From contig NZ_JABEZU010000001.1 of the NCBI RefSeq assembly GCF_013149785.1, positions 930,001 through 994,000 of the forward strand: a DNA stretch of 64,000 nt, read 5' to 3'. Under the pieces are notes generated by a model. It was not told the origin of the DNA. It was given only the letters and a program-made list of their open reading frames with translations, and did no database searches. The DNA is from Isoptericola halotolerans (GTDB lineage: Bacteria; Actinomycetota; Actinomycetes; Actinomycetales; Cellulomonadaceae). The translations under genes and the position numbers were made by a program. How positions within the stretch are numbered: the first letter of the stretch is position 1; each line of letters begins with the position of its first letter. This document shows, piece by piece, positions 1-12,069 of the stretch.

Positions 1-803
<803 letters not shown>

Positions 804-1067
804 TCAGCCGCCCTGGACGGCTGCGACGATCTCGATCCGGTCACCGGCGCGGACCACGACGGACTCCCAGGTCCCGCGGGGGACGACGGCGTCGTCGATC
901 GCGACGGCCAGTCCGCGGGGGGCCCCGTCGGCCACGTGGCCCGGCCGGAGCCGTGCCACCAGGTCGGTCAGGGGGATCGCGGCGTCCGGCCCGAGGTCGA
1001 ACGGCTCGCCGTTCACCTGGGCTGCCGTCGCCGGGTCGGGCGGCGCGTTGCTGGACGGGTGGTTCAT
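804..1067 (-). CDS. thiS: sulfur carrier protein ThiS
   Basis: VNGE, AVAIDDAVVPR..W, GDRIEIVAAVQGG C-terminal GG; between thiO and thiG. Confidence 0.93.
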   Translation of the reverse strand: MNHPSSNAPPDPATAAQVNGEPFDLGPDAAIPLTDLVARLRPGHVADGAPRGLAVAIDDAVVPRGTWESVVVRAGDRIEIVAAVQGG

Positions 1068-2320
1068 CGGGTTCCTCCGTCGGTGCGAGGGTCGGTCGCG
1101 GGCGGCGTGAAGCGCCGCGGGTCCGTCGCCCGCAGGGCCGCGAGGGTGGCCGACGGGTCACCGGACGAGATGTCGACGTCGAACCAGGACCCGGTGAGCC
1201 CGGCGACGACGACGTCGGCGGTCAGGGGCGCCAGCAGGATCCCGTTGCGGTGGTGACCCGTGGCCAGGTGCAGGCCCGCCACGTGCGTCGGCCCGACGAG
1301 CGGCAGGTTGTCGGGCGTGCAGGGGCGGGCACGGGGAGTCGCCTCGATCAGGGCCGCCTCGTCGATCGCCGGCAGCAGTACCCGGGCGTCCCGCAGCAAC
1401 GCGTACACACCGCCGGCGAGCGCCCGCCGGTCGTCCGGGTTCTCCTCGGTGGTGGCGCCGATCACCAGCTCGCAGTGGCCCTTCCACGGGCCGTCGGTGG
1501 CGGGGGCGCGGGAGACGACGTAGACGGGGCGGCCCTGCACCAGCCCCCGCACGACGTGCCGGGGGGCGAGGTCGGGGTCCGCCTGCAGCCGCAGGGTCTG
1601 CCCCTTGACCGGCCGGACGGGGACGGCGACGTCGGGGATGTCGGTGAGCAGTGGCGCCGACGCCCAGCCGGCGGCCACGACGACCGCGTCGGTGCGGTGG
1701 CGGTGGTGGGTCTCGTCCACCGCCGCGACGACCCGGCCGCCGCGCTGCTCGAGGCCGACCGCCGCCCGCAGCACCACGGAACCGTCGGCGTGGTCGTCGA
1801 TCGCTCGCCGCAGCGCGGTGTGCGTCGCCCGCGGGTCGACGGCGTGGTCGCCGGGGACCCACGCCGCCCCGGCGAGGCGCTGGCCCAGCAGGGGTTCGCG
1901 CCGTCGTGCCTCGGCGACCGTCAGCTCCTGCGACGAGACGGCGTGCCGGGTGTGCAGCGCCAGGATCCGGCGCAGCAGGGCGGCGTCCGTGTCGTCATAG
2001 GCGAGGGTCAGCGTGCCGGACTCGCGCAGCCCCACGCTGACGCCCGAGGCCGCCTCCAGGTCGGCGGCGAACGGCAGCCATCGGGCGGCACCGGCCAGGT
2101 GCAGGTGGAGGGCCGCGTCCTCGGTGAACTCCGCCTCGGTGGCCGGGGCGATCATCCCTGCGGCCGCGTGCGTCGAGCCGTCGCCAGGGTCGGGGTCCAG
2201 GACGGTGACGCTGAGCCCTGCGCCCAGGGCACGCCAGGCCACGGCGAGGCCGATGATGCCGCCTCCGACGACGACGAGGTCGCGGACGCCGGTGGGCAGT
2301 GCGGGCAGACGGACGGTCAC
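1064..2320 (-). CDS. thiO: glycine oxidase
   Basis: GGGIIG FAD motif, AAAGM, VRPVKGQ, IGAT, RPCTPDNLP, GHHRNGILLAP. Confidence 0.93.
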   Translation of the reverse strand: MTVRLPALPTGVRDLVVVGGGIIGLAVAWRALGAGLSVTVLDPDPGDGSTHAAAGMIAPATEAEFTEDAALHLHLAGAARWLPFAADLEAASGVSVGLRESGTLTLAYDDTDAALLRRILALHTRHAVSSQELTVAEARRREPLLGQRLAGAAWVPGDHAVDPRATHTALRRAIDDHADGSVVLRAAVGLEQRGGRVVAAVDETHHRHRTDAVVVAAGWASAPLLTDIPDVAVPVRPVKGQTLRLQADPDLAPRHVVRGLVQGRPVYVVSRAPATDGPWKGHCELVIGATTEENPDDRRALAGGVYALLRDARVLLPAIDEAALIEATPRARPCTPDNLPLVGPTHVAGLHLATGHHRNGILLAPLTADVVVAGLTGSWFDVDISSGDPSATLAALRATDPRRFTPPATDPRTDGGTR

Positions 2321-2322
2321 GC

Positions 2323-2409
2323 GGTGCTCCCTTCGCTGGCATGATCCAGATCAGGTGGGACGGTCGGCGCCCCTGCGCCCTCTCAGCCCCGGCCGGGGCT
2401 CCCGTGCTC
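2323..2409 (-). ncRNA. TPP riboswitch
   Basis: Minus strand reads ACGGGAGC...GCTGAGA...CCGT.CCACCTGATCTGGATCATGCCAGCGAAGGGAG directly upstream of thiO. Confidence 0.95.
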
Positions 2410-2485
2410 GGTCCACCCTACCGGGACCCGTGGGCCCGGACCCATCGTCCCTGGACGGGAGCTTCCGTGCTCCTAGACTGCCCGC

Positions 2486-3133
2486 GTGACCTCCGACGCC
2501 GTCCGTGCCCGCCTCGCCGACGCCCGCCTGTACCTGTGCACCGACGCCCGCGAGGACCGTGGTGACCTCGAGGTCTTCCTGCACCGGGCGCTGGCGGGCG
2601 GGGTCGACGTCGTCCAGCTCCGGGACAAGTCGCTGGACGTCGCCCGCGAGCTCGAGCTGCAGGAGCTGGTGGCGCGGGTCGCGGGCGAGCACGGGGCGTT
2701 GTGGGCGGTGAACGACCGGGCCGACGTCGCGCAGCTGGCCGGGGCGCCCGTGGTGCACATGGGCCAGGGCGACCTGCCGGTGCCGGCCGTGCGGTCGCTG
2801 CTGGGCCCCGGCCCGGTGCTCGGCCGGTCCACCCACTCCGCGGCGCAGGCGGCCGCGGCGGAGGCCGACGACGACGTCGACTACTTCTGCGTCGGGCCGT
2901 TGTGGGCGACGCCGACGAAGCCGGGGCGCGCCGCCGTCGGGCTCGACCTGCTGCGGGAGGTCGCCGTCACGGCTCCGAGCACCCCGTGGTTCGCCATCGG
3001 CGGGATCGACGAGCACCGGCTGGACGCGGTGCTGGACGCCGGGGCGCGGCGGGTCGTCGTCGTCCGGGCGATCACCGAGGCACCGGACCCGGAGCGGGCG
3101 TCGCGCCGGCTGCGGGACCGCCTCGCCGGGTAG
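2486..3133 (+). CDS. thiE: thiamine-phosphate synthase
   Basis: [43 protein letters not shown]. Confidence 0.95.
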   Translation: MTSDAVRARLADARLYLCTDAREDRGDLEVFLHRALAGGVDVVQLRDKSLDVARELELQELVARVAGEHGALWAVNDRADVAQLAGAPVVHMGQGDLPVPAVRSLLGPGPVLGRSTHSAAQAAAAEADDDVDYFCVGPLWATPTKPGRAAVGLDLLREVAVTAPSTPWFAIGGIDEHRLDAVLDAGARRVVVVRAITEAPDPERASRRLRDRLAG

Positions 3134-3212
3134 CACCCCGAGGGCTTCCTCCTGGTCAGGAGACGTGGCACGATCGCCGGGTTCCCCCGACGACGACACT
3201 GTGGAGTCACCG

Positions 3213-3854
3213 ATGACCGCTCGCCCCCGGCTCGTCGCGGCCCTCGCCGTGGCCCTGCTGCTGACCGGATGCACCGGGAGCCCTGACGAGGAGCCCCCGA
3301 CCGGTGCCACCGTGGCCCCGGACGAGTCGGCGCCGACGGCCTCGGAGAGCGCGCAGGAGGTGGCCGCCGTCGGGAGCGCCGACGTGACGGGGCCGGACGT
3401 GGTGATGGCGGAGCAGACGGTCGACACCCCGGGCGAGGCAGGCGGCACGCTCACCGTCGTGCTGCGGACCCTCGAGGTGCGCGACGACACCACGACGTTG
3501 CGCTACGCGCTGCGGTGGGACAACGACGACGCCCCCGACGGCGCGACGGCCAGCCACTACCAGCTCGGCATCGACTGGGTCCCCACCGTCACGGACACCG
3601 CGGCGCTGGTCCAGTACCGGCCCTTCTGCACCCAGGGCGCCTGGAAGGACGGTGCCATCTCCCAGCAGCAGTGCGGGTTCAACGTCACCGCCTCGCCGAG
3701 GTTCCCGTTCGACGGGTTCGTCAACCACGCCACGATCGAGGGCTGGGCGACGCTGCCGGCGCCCGATGGTGAGCCGGCCACACTCGACGTGGCTCTCGGT
3801 CAGGGCCTGCCGGTGTTCACCGGCGCGACGGTGTCTGCCGCCGGAGACGCATGA
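3213..3854 (+). CDS. putative lipoprotein of unknown function
   Basis: ATG after GGAG; basic N-terminus, hydrophobic stretch and LTGC lipobox; overlaps the next gene (ATGA). Confidence 0.75.
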   Translation: MTARPRLVAALAVALLLTGCTGSPDEEPPTGATVAPDESAPTASESAQEVAAVGSADVTGPDVVMAEQTVDTPGEAGGTLTVVLRTLEVRDDTTTLRYALRWDNDDAPDGATASHYQLGIDWVPTVTDTAALVQYRPFCTQGAWKDGAISQQQCGFNVTASPRFPFDGFVNHATIEGWATLPAPDGEPATLDVALGQGLPVFTGATVSAAGDA

Positions 3855-4495
3855 TGCGGTGGCGGACCGTCGCGGTCCCGTCCGCCGTGACGGCGACCCT
3901 GGTGCTCGGTGCTGCCGTCGCCTCGGCCGATGCCCCGTCGTCGTCGGAGGAACCGCACGACCCCGCGGTGTCCGCGGTGCTGGAGGAGCTCGCCGCCGAG
4001 CGTGCCGAGCTCGAGTCGGTGGACGTGACCGACGAACAACGTCGGGACGCGACGTTCCCGGTGGACGCCGCCGACGCGACCTTCCCGCTGGACGCCGCCG
4101 ACGCCGGCACCGAGATCGCCACGGAGACCGAGACCGGGGACAGCACGCTGGTCACCCTGACCGCCGACCTGCTGTTCGACTTCGGCTCGGTCGAGCTGAC
4201 CGACCGCGCGGCCGAGGTCGTCGAGGAGCTGGCCGGCGAGATCCCGCAGGGAGCGACCGTCCGGGTCGACGGGCACACGGACTCCGTCGGCTCCGAGGGT
4301 GACAACCAGCGGCTCTCCGAGGAGCGGGCCGGGGCCGTGGCCGACGTGCTCCGCGACGCCCGCGGGGACCTGGACCTGCAGGCCAGGGGGCACGGCGAGA
4401 CCGACCCGGTGGCCGACAACACCGTGGGCGGTGAGGACAACCCGGCCGGGCGGGCCCTGAACCGCCGCGTCGAGGTGACCTATCCGACGTCCTGA
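3851..4495 (+). CDS. OmpA-family peptidoglycan-binding domain protein
   Basis: Signal peptide; [47 protein letters not shown]. Confidence 0.9.
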   Translation: MMRWRTVAVPSAVTATLVLGAAVASADAPSSSEEPHDPAVSAVLEELAAERAELESVDVTDEQRRDATFPVDAADATFPLDAADAGTEIATETETGDSTLVTLTADLLFDFGSVELTDRAAEVVEELAGEIPQGATVRVDGHTDSVGSEGDNQRLSEERAGAVADVLRDARGDLDLQARGHGETDPVADNTVGGEDNPAGRALNRRVEVTYPTS

Positions 4496-4544
4496 GCACC
4501 GGACGGACGTCGGCGCGCTCGCCGCGGGCCTCTATCCTGGTTCG

Positions 4545-6164
<1,620 letters not shown>

Positions 6165-6272
6165 CCGAGGGCTGACGGCGGCCTCTGTCCGGGGCTTCGC
6201 CGTGCTGTGCGGTCCCGACGGCGCTACGTTGGCGGTGTTCACAGCCGAGCGTCACCGTCGGAAGGCACCGCC

Positions 6273-6872
6273 ATGTCGAGCACCGTCACCGTCCGGCCCG
6301 CCAGGGGAGTGCGCGGCATCGGGATGCTGTCCATCATCGCCGGCATCATCTTGATCCTCGCTGGCGTCGCCGTCTGGGTCGTGGTCTCGACGACCCTGTC
6401 CGACGAGAACATCACCGTGTCGGAGGACGCCGACATGTTCGCGGGTCAGCAGGTCGCCGGCCCGTTCACCGCCTACGCGCAGGCCGAGGTCATCGACGAG
6501 CACGCCCTGGAGATGGCGGACGGCCAGACGTACGCGGAGCTCGACCGGGAGGACCCCGTGCGGGCCAGCGTCATGGACGCGTCGTTCCTGCGGGCGTCGC
6601 TGTTCACCTCGGTCGTCGCGTTCGGCGTGTGCGCCCTCGTCATCGGGCTGGGACTGATGTTCATCCTGGTCGGTGCCGCCCTGAGACGTCTGGCCGGTGG
6701 GCCGGCGGTGGCCGTCGAGACCCCCGGGACCACCTCCGCGGGTGGCCTGTCGGCGGCACCGCGGCACAGCGCCACGCCTCCGCCCGACGCCGCCGCTCCT
6801 CCCGCACGCCCGACGACCCGTCCCGCCGACCCGCCGTCGGTCGGAGGACGGGCGGACACCCCGCCGGCCTGA
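6273..6872 (+). CDS. conserved two-TM membrane protein of unknown function
   Basis: Two hydrophobic segments flanking GPFTAYAQA...SFLRASLFTS; Pro-rich tail; ATG after GAAGG. Confidence 0.7.
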   Translation: MSSTVTVRPARGVRGIGMLSIIAGIILILAGVAVWVVVSTTLSDENITVSEDADMFAGQQVAGPFTAYAQAEVIDEHALEMADGQTYAELDREDPVRASVMDASFLRASLFTSVVAFGVCALVIGLGLMFILVGAALRRLAGGPAVAVETPGTTSAGGLSAAPRHSATPPPDAAAPPARPTTRPADPPSVGGRADTPPA

Positions 6873-6886
6873 CCGCGGCACTCCTG

Positions 6887-6936
6887 CGGTACGACGAACG
6901 CGCCCTCCGGCAGGGAGGGCGCGTTTCGTCGTACCG
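6887..6936. terminator. hairpin between convergent genes (likely bidirectional terminator)
   Basis: CGGTACGACGAACGCGCCCTCC / GGAGGGCGCG(T)TTCGTCGTACCG, 5-nt loop. Confidence 0.65.
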
Positions 6937-6943
6937 GAGCCTC

Positions 6944-7426
6944 TCAGCTCACCGTCGCCTGTCGGCGGCGACGCAGCGAACCGGCTACCGAGCCGACGAC
7001 GAGCATCAGGCCCGCGACGGCCAGCAGCAGGATCGCCGCGAGCTCGAGGTCGATCGACGCGCCGGCGGTGCTGGCCAGGAGCCCGACGCCGATCGCGACC
7101 ACGATGAAGCCCCACACGATCGTCGTGATCCGCGGCCCGGAGCGGACGAGGGGCCTGGCCGGGACGGCGGGGGAGTCGTCGACCGAGGCGGCGCTGGTCG
7201 TCGACGCGGCGACGGGGTCCTCCGCGGCGGCCGGTTCCGGTGCGGAGGAGGCAGACCTGATCGGCTCGTCGAAGACGGCGAGCGGGTCGCCCGGTGCCGA
7301 GGCCGGGAGCTGCTGGGTGGCCGGCACCTCGCCCGACGGGAGCTGCTGGGTGGCCGGCACCGCGCTGTCGGCGGTGCGCTCGTCGGACTCCGGGGTCTGC
7401 GGACGGTCCTGGTGGTCGTTGCTCAT
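6944..7426 (-). CDS. small membrane protein of the pspC locus
   Basis: C-terminal part of the long 6944..9289 ORF; ATG at 7426 after GAGGAGG overlaps the upstream stop; disordered N-terminus with VPATQQLP twice, two C-terminal TM helices. Confidence 0.75.
   Translation of the reverse strand: MSNDHQDRPQTPESDERTADSAVPATQQLPSGEVPATQQLPASAPGDPLAVFDEPIRSASSAPEPAAAEDPVAASTTSAASVDDSPAVPARPLVRSGPRITTIVWGFIVVAIGVGLLASTAGASIDLELAAILLLAVAGLMLVVGSVAGSLRRRRQATVS
7304..7361. repeat. 25-bp direct repeat, 33-bp period (in-frame duplication)
   Basis: CGGGAGCTGCTGGGTGGCCGGCACC at 7304 and 7337. Confidence 0.85.
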
Positions 7427-8943
7427 CGTTCCTCCTCGATGACGATCTCTCCGGCGCGGGCGTCGACGTCGAGCCGGAGCACGGCGCCGCCGAGCTCGGC
7501 GACCTCGTCGGTCTGGTAGGCGGACGGACCGCCGCTGAAGCCGGACGTGACCGTCCGGTCGCCGTCGATGTCGACGACGAGGTTGCCGGCGTTGAGGTCC
7601 GCGACGATCTCCACCGCGGTGTCGGCCGGGATCTCGACGACGGTGCGTCCGGCGGTCATGTCGACGGGCACGACGACGGGGTCGCCGGGCGTCACGTCCG
7701 ACAGGTCGAGCTCGGTGAGGTCCACCCTCGCGTCGCCGAACTGCACGCGGACGCCGTCCTCGGCGGCGCCGATCGACCGAGGGGTGACGGTCCCCTGGCT
7801 GATCACGGTGCCCGACATCGTGGTGATCTGGGCCTCGTCCCAGGGCCACGGGTCGTTCTCCGCGGCGAAGGGCCAGGTGATCGCGGCCGTGAGGATCCCG
7901 CCCCACGCGAAGGCCGTGAGCCAGCCGCCGCGGAGCCCACGGAGGCCACCGACGACGATCCCGGCCCCGAGGACGACGACAGCGATGCCGACCCAGGTGG
8001 GCCAGACGGCCACGTCGACGCCGAGGACGATCTCCGCCGCGAGCAGCGCCGCGCCGGCCAGCAGGGCGAGCCCGACGACGACGCCCACCGTGCTCGCCCC
8101 GACGGTACGGCGGGGGGCGGGAGCGACAGGCACGGGTGGGACGGGTGGACCGGCAGGGTACGGAGGCCCCTGCACCGGTGGGCCCTGGGGCGGGTAGCCG
8201 CCACCGGAGTGGGGTGCCGGCGGCTGGTAGGCGTAGGACGCGGGCGGTGCCGGCGTGAAGGGTTCGGTCGGGTGCACGGTGGCCTCGTTCCGGTACGGGG
8301 TCGACGGGTGGACCGGCCCGGAGGTGCTCGAGGGGTAGGCCCCCGGGGCTCCGCCTGCTCGCGGCGGTCCGTAGGGTGCCGGCGGTGTGCCGGGCGGAGG
8401 TGCCGCCGTCGTCCCGTCGGGACGACCGCGGGTGCGGACGAGCTTGACGATCAGCCAGACGACCGCGACCCAGAACCCGATCCACAGCAGGACCGAGACC
8501 CACTCGGCGGGGCCGATCCACCACGGCCAGAACCCGCCACCCCAGATGAGCCCCAGCAGCACGGCGATGCCGGCACCGAGCATGGCCACGTCGAAGGTGC
8601 CGCGGATCGCCTCCTGCAGGTGGATCCGTCCGTCCGAGCGTTCCGGCAGCAGGGCCCAGGCGATGCCGTAGAGCACGAGCCCGGCTCCTGCGACGAAGAA
8701 GCTGAGGATCAGCAGCCCGCGCACGAGCAAGGGGTCGAGGCGGAACCGGTCGGCGAGACCGGCGGCGACGCCCCCGACCCAGCGGTCGTCGGACCGCGTG
8801 ATGCCGATGCGTCGCACCGAGTCGAAGAAGCCTTCGCCTGCGGGGCGTCGGGGCGGGGGAGGGGGCGCCGCGGCGCCGTCGGTACCACCGGCTCCGGCGG
8901 CACCACCGGGGGCGTCCGGTGCTGGGGTGTCGTTCGTGGTCAT
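7423..8943 (-). CDS. PspC-domain membrane protein with C-terminal LiaF/toast-rack-like beta domain
   Basis: RSDDRWVGGVAAGLADRFRLDPLLVR...LYGIAWALLP PspC motif; Pro/Tyr-rich linker; GDARVDLTEL...AGEIVI; start refined to ATG 8943. Confidence 0.85.
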   Translation of the reverse strand: MTTNDTPAPDAPGGAAGAGGTDGAAAPPPPPRRPAGEGFFDSVRRIGITRSDDRWVGGVAAGLADRFRLDPLLVRGLLILSFFVAGAGLVLYGIAWALLPERSDGRIHLQEAIRGTFDVAMLGAGIAVLLGLIWGGGFWPWWIGPAEWVSVLLWIGFWVAVVWLIVKLVRTRGRPDGTTAAPPPGTPPAPYGPPRAGGAPGAYPSSTSGPVHPSTPYRNEATVHPTEPFTPAPPASYAYQPPAPHSGGGYPPQGPPVQGPPYPAGPPVPPVPVAPAPRRTVGASTVGVVVGLALLAGAALLAAEIVLGVDVAVWPTWVGIAVVVLGAGIVVGGLRGLRGGWLTAFAWGGILTAAITWPFAAENDPWPWDEAQITTMSGTVISQGTVTPRSIGAAEDGVRVQFGDARVDLTELDLSDVTPGDPVVVPVDMTAGRTVVEIPADTAVEIVADLNAGNLVVDIDGDRTVTSGFSGGPSAYQTDEVAELGGAVLRLDVDARAGEIVIEEER

Positions 8944-9067
8944 GTCTCCATGGTGGTCCTCGCCCGGGTGCGGAACCATCGGGTGTCCCCCTGACCTGAC
9001 CCTGATCACCTCCTCGGGAACCCCGGGTTCCGCTCCGGAGGGTTCCCGGACGTGCCACGATCAGGGG

Positions 9068-10423
9068 GTGACGACGATCGACGCTCCCGTGCGGCTGCCG
9101 CTGCGCCGCCCCCGCCAGGGGCGGTGGCTCGGTGGTGTCTGCGCCGGGGTGGCGGTGCACCTGGACGTCCCGGTCCGGCTGGTCCGCCTGGTGATGGTGG
9201 TGCTCGCGCTCCTCAGCGGTGTCGGTGTCGCGCTCTACGTCTTCTGGTGGCTCACCGTCCCGGCGGGCGACCCGCACGACGTCGCGCACGAGACCCGCCC
9301 GGCAGCGCTCGCTCGGCTGGCCCCGCGGCTGCGGCGCAGCGGCCCGGTCGCCGGGCTGTCACGGCGCGACGTCGCGATCGGGGTGACGCTCCTCGTCCTC
9401 GCCGCGCTCCTGGTCGCCCTGCGGTCCGGCTGGGACCTGCCCACCATGTGGTTGCCGCTGCTCGTCGTCGCAGGGGGTGCGGGGCTGGCATGGAGCCAGC
9501 TCGACGCCGTCCAGCGGTCCCGCGAGACCGGTGCGGCGCCCTCGCGCTCCAGCACGCTGCTGCGCCTGATCGGTGGCCTGGTGCTGGTGACGGCAGGCGT
9601 GCTGCTGCTCTTCGTGCAGGGCACCCCGCCACGTGAGCTGCTGACCGTCGCCCTGGCGTCGCTGGCCGTGCTCGTCGGCGTGGCACTGGTGCTGGCCCCC
9701 TGGTGGCTGCGGCTCGTGCGGGAGCTCGGCGACGAGCGTGCAGCCCGTGAGCGGGAGGCCGAGCGTGCCGACATCGCCGCCCACCTGCACGACTCCGTGC
9801 TGCAGACCTTGGCCCTGATCCGGGCTCGCGCGCACGACGGCGACGAGGTCGCCCGCATGGCACGGGCGCAGGAGCGAGAGCTGCGCGAGTGGCTCTACGA
9901 CGACCGGCAGGCGCCCGGGACGTCGTTGGCCACCGAGCTGCGGGACCTGGTCGGTGAGGTGGAGGACGGCCGTGCGGCGGAGGTCGAGCTCGTCGCGGTC
10001 GGGGACTGCGCGCCCACCGCGACGACCACCGCCCTGCTGCAGGCGACCCGGGAGGCGCTGGTCAACGCCGTCGTGCACGGCGCCCCGCCCGTGACCGTCT
10101 ACCTGGAGGTGACCGACAGCGCCGCCGAGGTCTTCGTCCGGGACCGTGGCGACGGCTTCGACCTCGACGACATCGCCCTGGACCGGTTCGGGGTGCGCGA
10201 GTCCATCCTGGGACGGGTCCGGCGGCGCCACGGCACCGCCGAGGTCGTCAGCCGTCCCGGCTGGGGGACCGAGGTGCGGCTGTCCGTGCCGCGCGGTGCC
10301 GACCAGGAGCACAGCGCGACCACGCCGCCGAGCGGTCCCGTACCGTCCGCCGCGCCGCCCCCCGACCTGCCGGCCACGACCGACCCGCAGAGCACGCCCC
10401 GTGACGAAGGAGCCCACCCGTGA
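9068..10423 (+). CDS. PspC-domain sensor histidine kinase
   Basis: GRWLGGVCAGVA PspC motif; ERADIAAHLHDSVLQTL H-box; EALVNA, DRGDGF; start refined to GTG 9068. Confidence 0.92.
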   Translation: MTTIDAPVRLPLRRPRQGRWLGGVCAGVAVHLDVPVRLVRLVMVVLALLSGVGVALYVFWWLTVPAGDPHDVAHETRPAALARLAPRLRRSGPVAGLSRRDVAIGVTLLVLAALLVALRSGWDLPTMWLPLLVVAGGAGLAWSQLDAVQRSRETGAAPSRSSTLLRLIGGLVLVTAGVLLLFVQGTPPRELLTVALASLAVLVGVALVLAPWWLRLVRELGDERAAREREAERADIAAHLHDSVLQTLALIRARAHDGDEVARMARAQERELREWLYDDRQAPGTSLATELRDLVGEVEDGRAAEVELVAVGDCAPTATTTALLQATREALVNAVVHGAPPVTVYLEVTDSAAEVFVRDRGDGFDLDDIALDRFGVRESILGRVRRRHGTAEVVSRPGWGTEVRLSVPRGADQEHSATTPPSGPVPSAAPPPDLPATTDPQSTPRDEGAHP

Positions 10424-11079
10424 GCGAGACCCCTGTCCCCGTCGTCCTCGTGGACGACCACCACATGTTCCGTACCGGGGTGCGGGCGAGCCTCGACGGA
10501 CGGGTCCGGGTGGTCGGCGAGGCCGCCGACGTCGACGAGGCCGTCGCCGTGGTGCACGCCGAGAAGCCTCCGGTCGTGCTGCTGGACGTGCACCTGCCCG
10601 GGGGGAACGGCGGGGGAGGCGCGGAGGTGGTGCGCCGGTGCGCGGACCTGCTGTCCGGGACGCGGTTCCTGGCGCTGTCGGTGTCCGACGCCGCCGAGGA
10701 CGTGGTCTCGGTGATCCGCGCCGGAGCGCGAGGGTACGTCACGAAGAACATCTCGGCGGCGGACCTCTCGGGAGCGGTCGTCCGGGTGGCAGCGGACGAC
10801 GCGGTGTTCTCGCCACGGTTGGCCGGGTTCGTCCTGGACGCGTTCGGCACGGCGGCCGGCGACGTCGCGGTGGCCGACGACGAGCTCGACCGGCTCTCGA
10901 AGCGTGAGCAGGAGGTCATGCGGCTCATCGCCCGGGGCTACACCTATCGGGAGGTGGCCGGGGAGCTGTTCATCTCGGTCAAGACGGTCGAGACCCACGT
11001 GTCCGCGGTGCTGCGCAAGCTGCAGCTGTCCAACCGCAACGAGCTCACGCGCTGGGCGGCGGCGCGCCGGCTGCTCTGA
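10420..11079 (+). CDS. NarL/LuxR-family response regulator
   Basis: LVDDH, LLDVHLP, GYVTK; LSKREQEV...SVKTVETHVSAVLRKL. Confidence 0.95.
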   Translation: MSETPVPVVLVDDHHMFRTGVRASLDGRVRVVGEAADVDEAVAVVHAEKPPVVLLDVHLPGGNGGGGAEVVRRCADLLSGTRFLALSVSDAAEDVVSVIRAGARGYVTKNISAADLSGAVVRVAADDAVFSPRLAGFVLDAFGTAAGDVAVADDELDRLSKREQEVMRLIARGYTYREVAGELFISVKTVETHVSAVLRKLQLSNRNELTRWAAARRLL

Positions 11080-11139
11080 GCGGGGGCTGGGCGCGCGCTG
11101 GCGTAGCATCGCAGACTGCGACGCGACGAGAGGACCCCG

Positions 11140-11691
11140 ATGACCCACGATCAGCTGCCCGAGGACGCCCTCGCCGTGGTGGACCCGTCCCGGCCGATGG
11201 TGCTCAGGACGCGACGCGTGCGGGCGTTCCTGCTGGCGCTGGCCGCGCTGGTCGGTGTGCTGGTCGGCCTGGTGATGGCCGTCGGCGAGGAGCCCGTCGC
11301 GACCCGGGTCTTCGGCGTCGTCGTCGTGATGCTGTCGCTCTACGCCGTCTGGGTGCTGCTGCGGCAGGCCTTCGTCCAGCAGGCCGAGGTCAGGCTCGAC
11401 GATGCCGGGCTGCACATCGAGGGTCACCCGACGATCGCCTGGCAGGAGATCACCGAGCTGTCCGCGGTCACCGTCAGCGGTCAGCCGATGCTGGGCGTCC
11501 ACGTCGAGGACGAGGACGGCCTCCTCGAACGGTTCCCGGCGAAGACCCGTGCACTGGCTCGCGCCAACCGGAAGCTGGCCGGCACGCCGGTGACCGTCGC
11601 GGTCCGGAACTTCGGTACCGGTGTCGAGGAGCTCGGCGCGGCCGTCGAGGTCTACCGGCGGGCCCACACCGCTGAGACCGAGGGATCGTGA
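11140..11691 (+). CDS. hypothetical membrane protein (two TM plus bacterial PH-like domain)
   Basis: Two TM helices then VRLDDAGL...IAWQEI; AGGA RBS. Confidence 0.65.
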   Translation: MTHDQLPEDALAVVDPSRPMVLRTRRVRAFLLALAALVGVLVGLVMAVGEEPVATRVFGVVVVMLSLYAVWVLLRQAFVQQAEVRLDDAGLHIEGHPTIAWQEITELSAVTVSGQPMLGVHVEDEDGLLERFPAKTRALARANRKLAGTPVTVAVRNFGTGVEELGAAVEVYRRAHTAETEGS

Positions 11692-12062
11692 CGCAGGGCG
11701 TCGAGGAGGTCGACCGACCTCCGACGGGTGATCGGGTCGCCGGGTGGGTGCTGTTCGGCGGGCAGGCGGTCCTCGCCGTGGTGCTCAGCTACGGCGGGTA
11801 CTTGTGGTGGGCGCTCGTCGGTTTCGGCTGCTCGGACGACTCGGTCGAGGCCTGCGACGCCCTGGACATCGAGGCGGTCATGGGGTTCTTCGCGATCTTC
11901 CCCTGGGTCGTGCTCGTCGGTGCGCTCGTCTGGCTGATCGTCCGGCTCCGACGTCGGCAGCCCATCTGGTGGGTGCCGCTCGTCGCGGGCACGGTGCCCG
12001 TCGGCGTGCTCGTCCTCGGCCTGGTCGTGCACGTCCTCGGCCTGGTCCTGACGTCGTCGTAG
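11688..12062 (+). CDS. hypothetical membrane protein
   Basis: Three hydrophobic segments, Cys pair in loop (GCSDDSVEAC); GTGA overlap. Confidence 0.6.
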   Translation: MTQGVEEVDRPPTGDRVAGWVLFGGQAVLAVVLSYGGYLWWALVGFGCSDDSVEACDALDIEAVMGFFAIFPWVVLVGALVWLIVRLRRRQPIWWVPLVAGTVPVGVLVLGLVVHVLGLVLTSS

Positions 12063-12069
12063 GCGACGG

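Noticed and set aside
6273..6872. Ring-opening dioxygenase label that I recall being attached to this family
   Set aside because: Two-TM topology and no dioxygenase motifs visible
6944..9289. 781-aa minus-strand ORF
   Set aside because: Only the last 160 codons look coding; the rest is an Arg-rich off-frame overlap of the pspC gene
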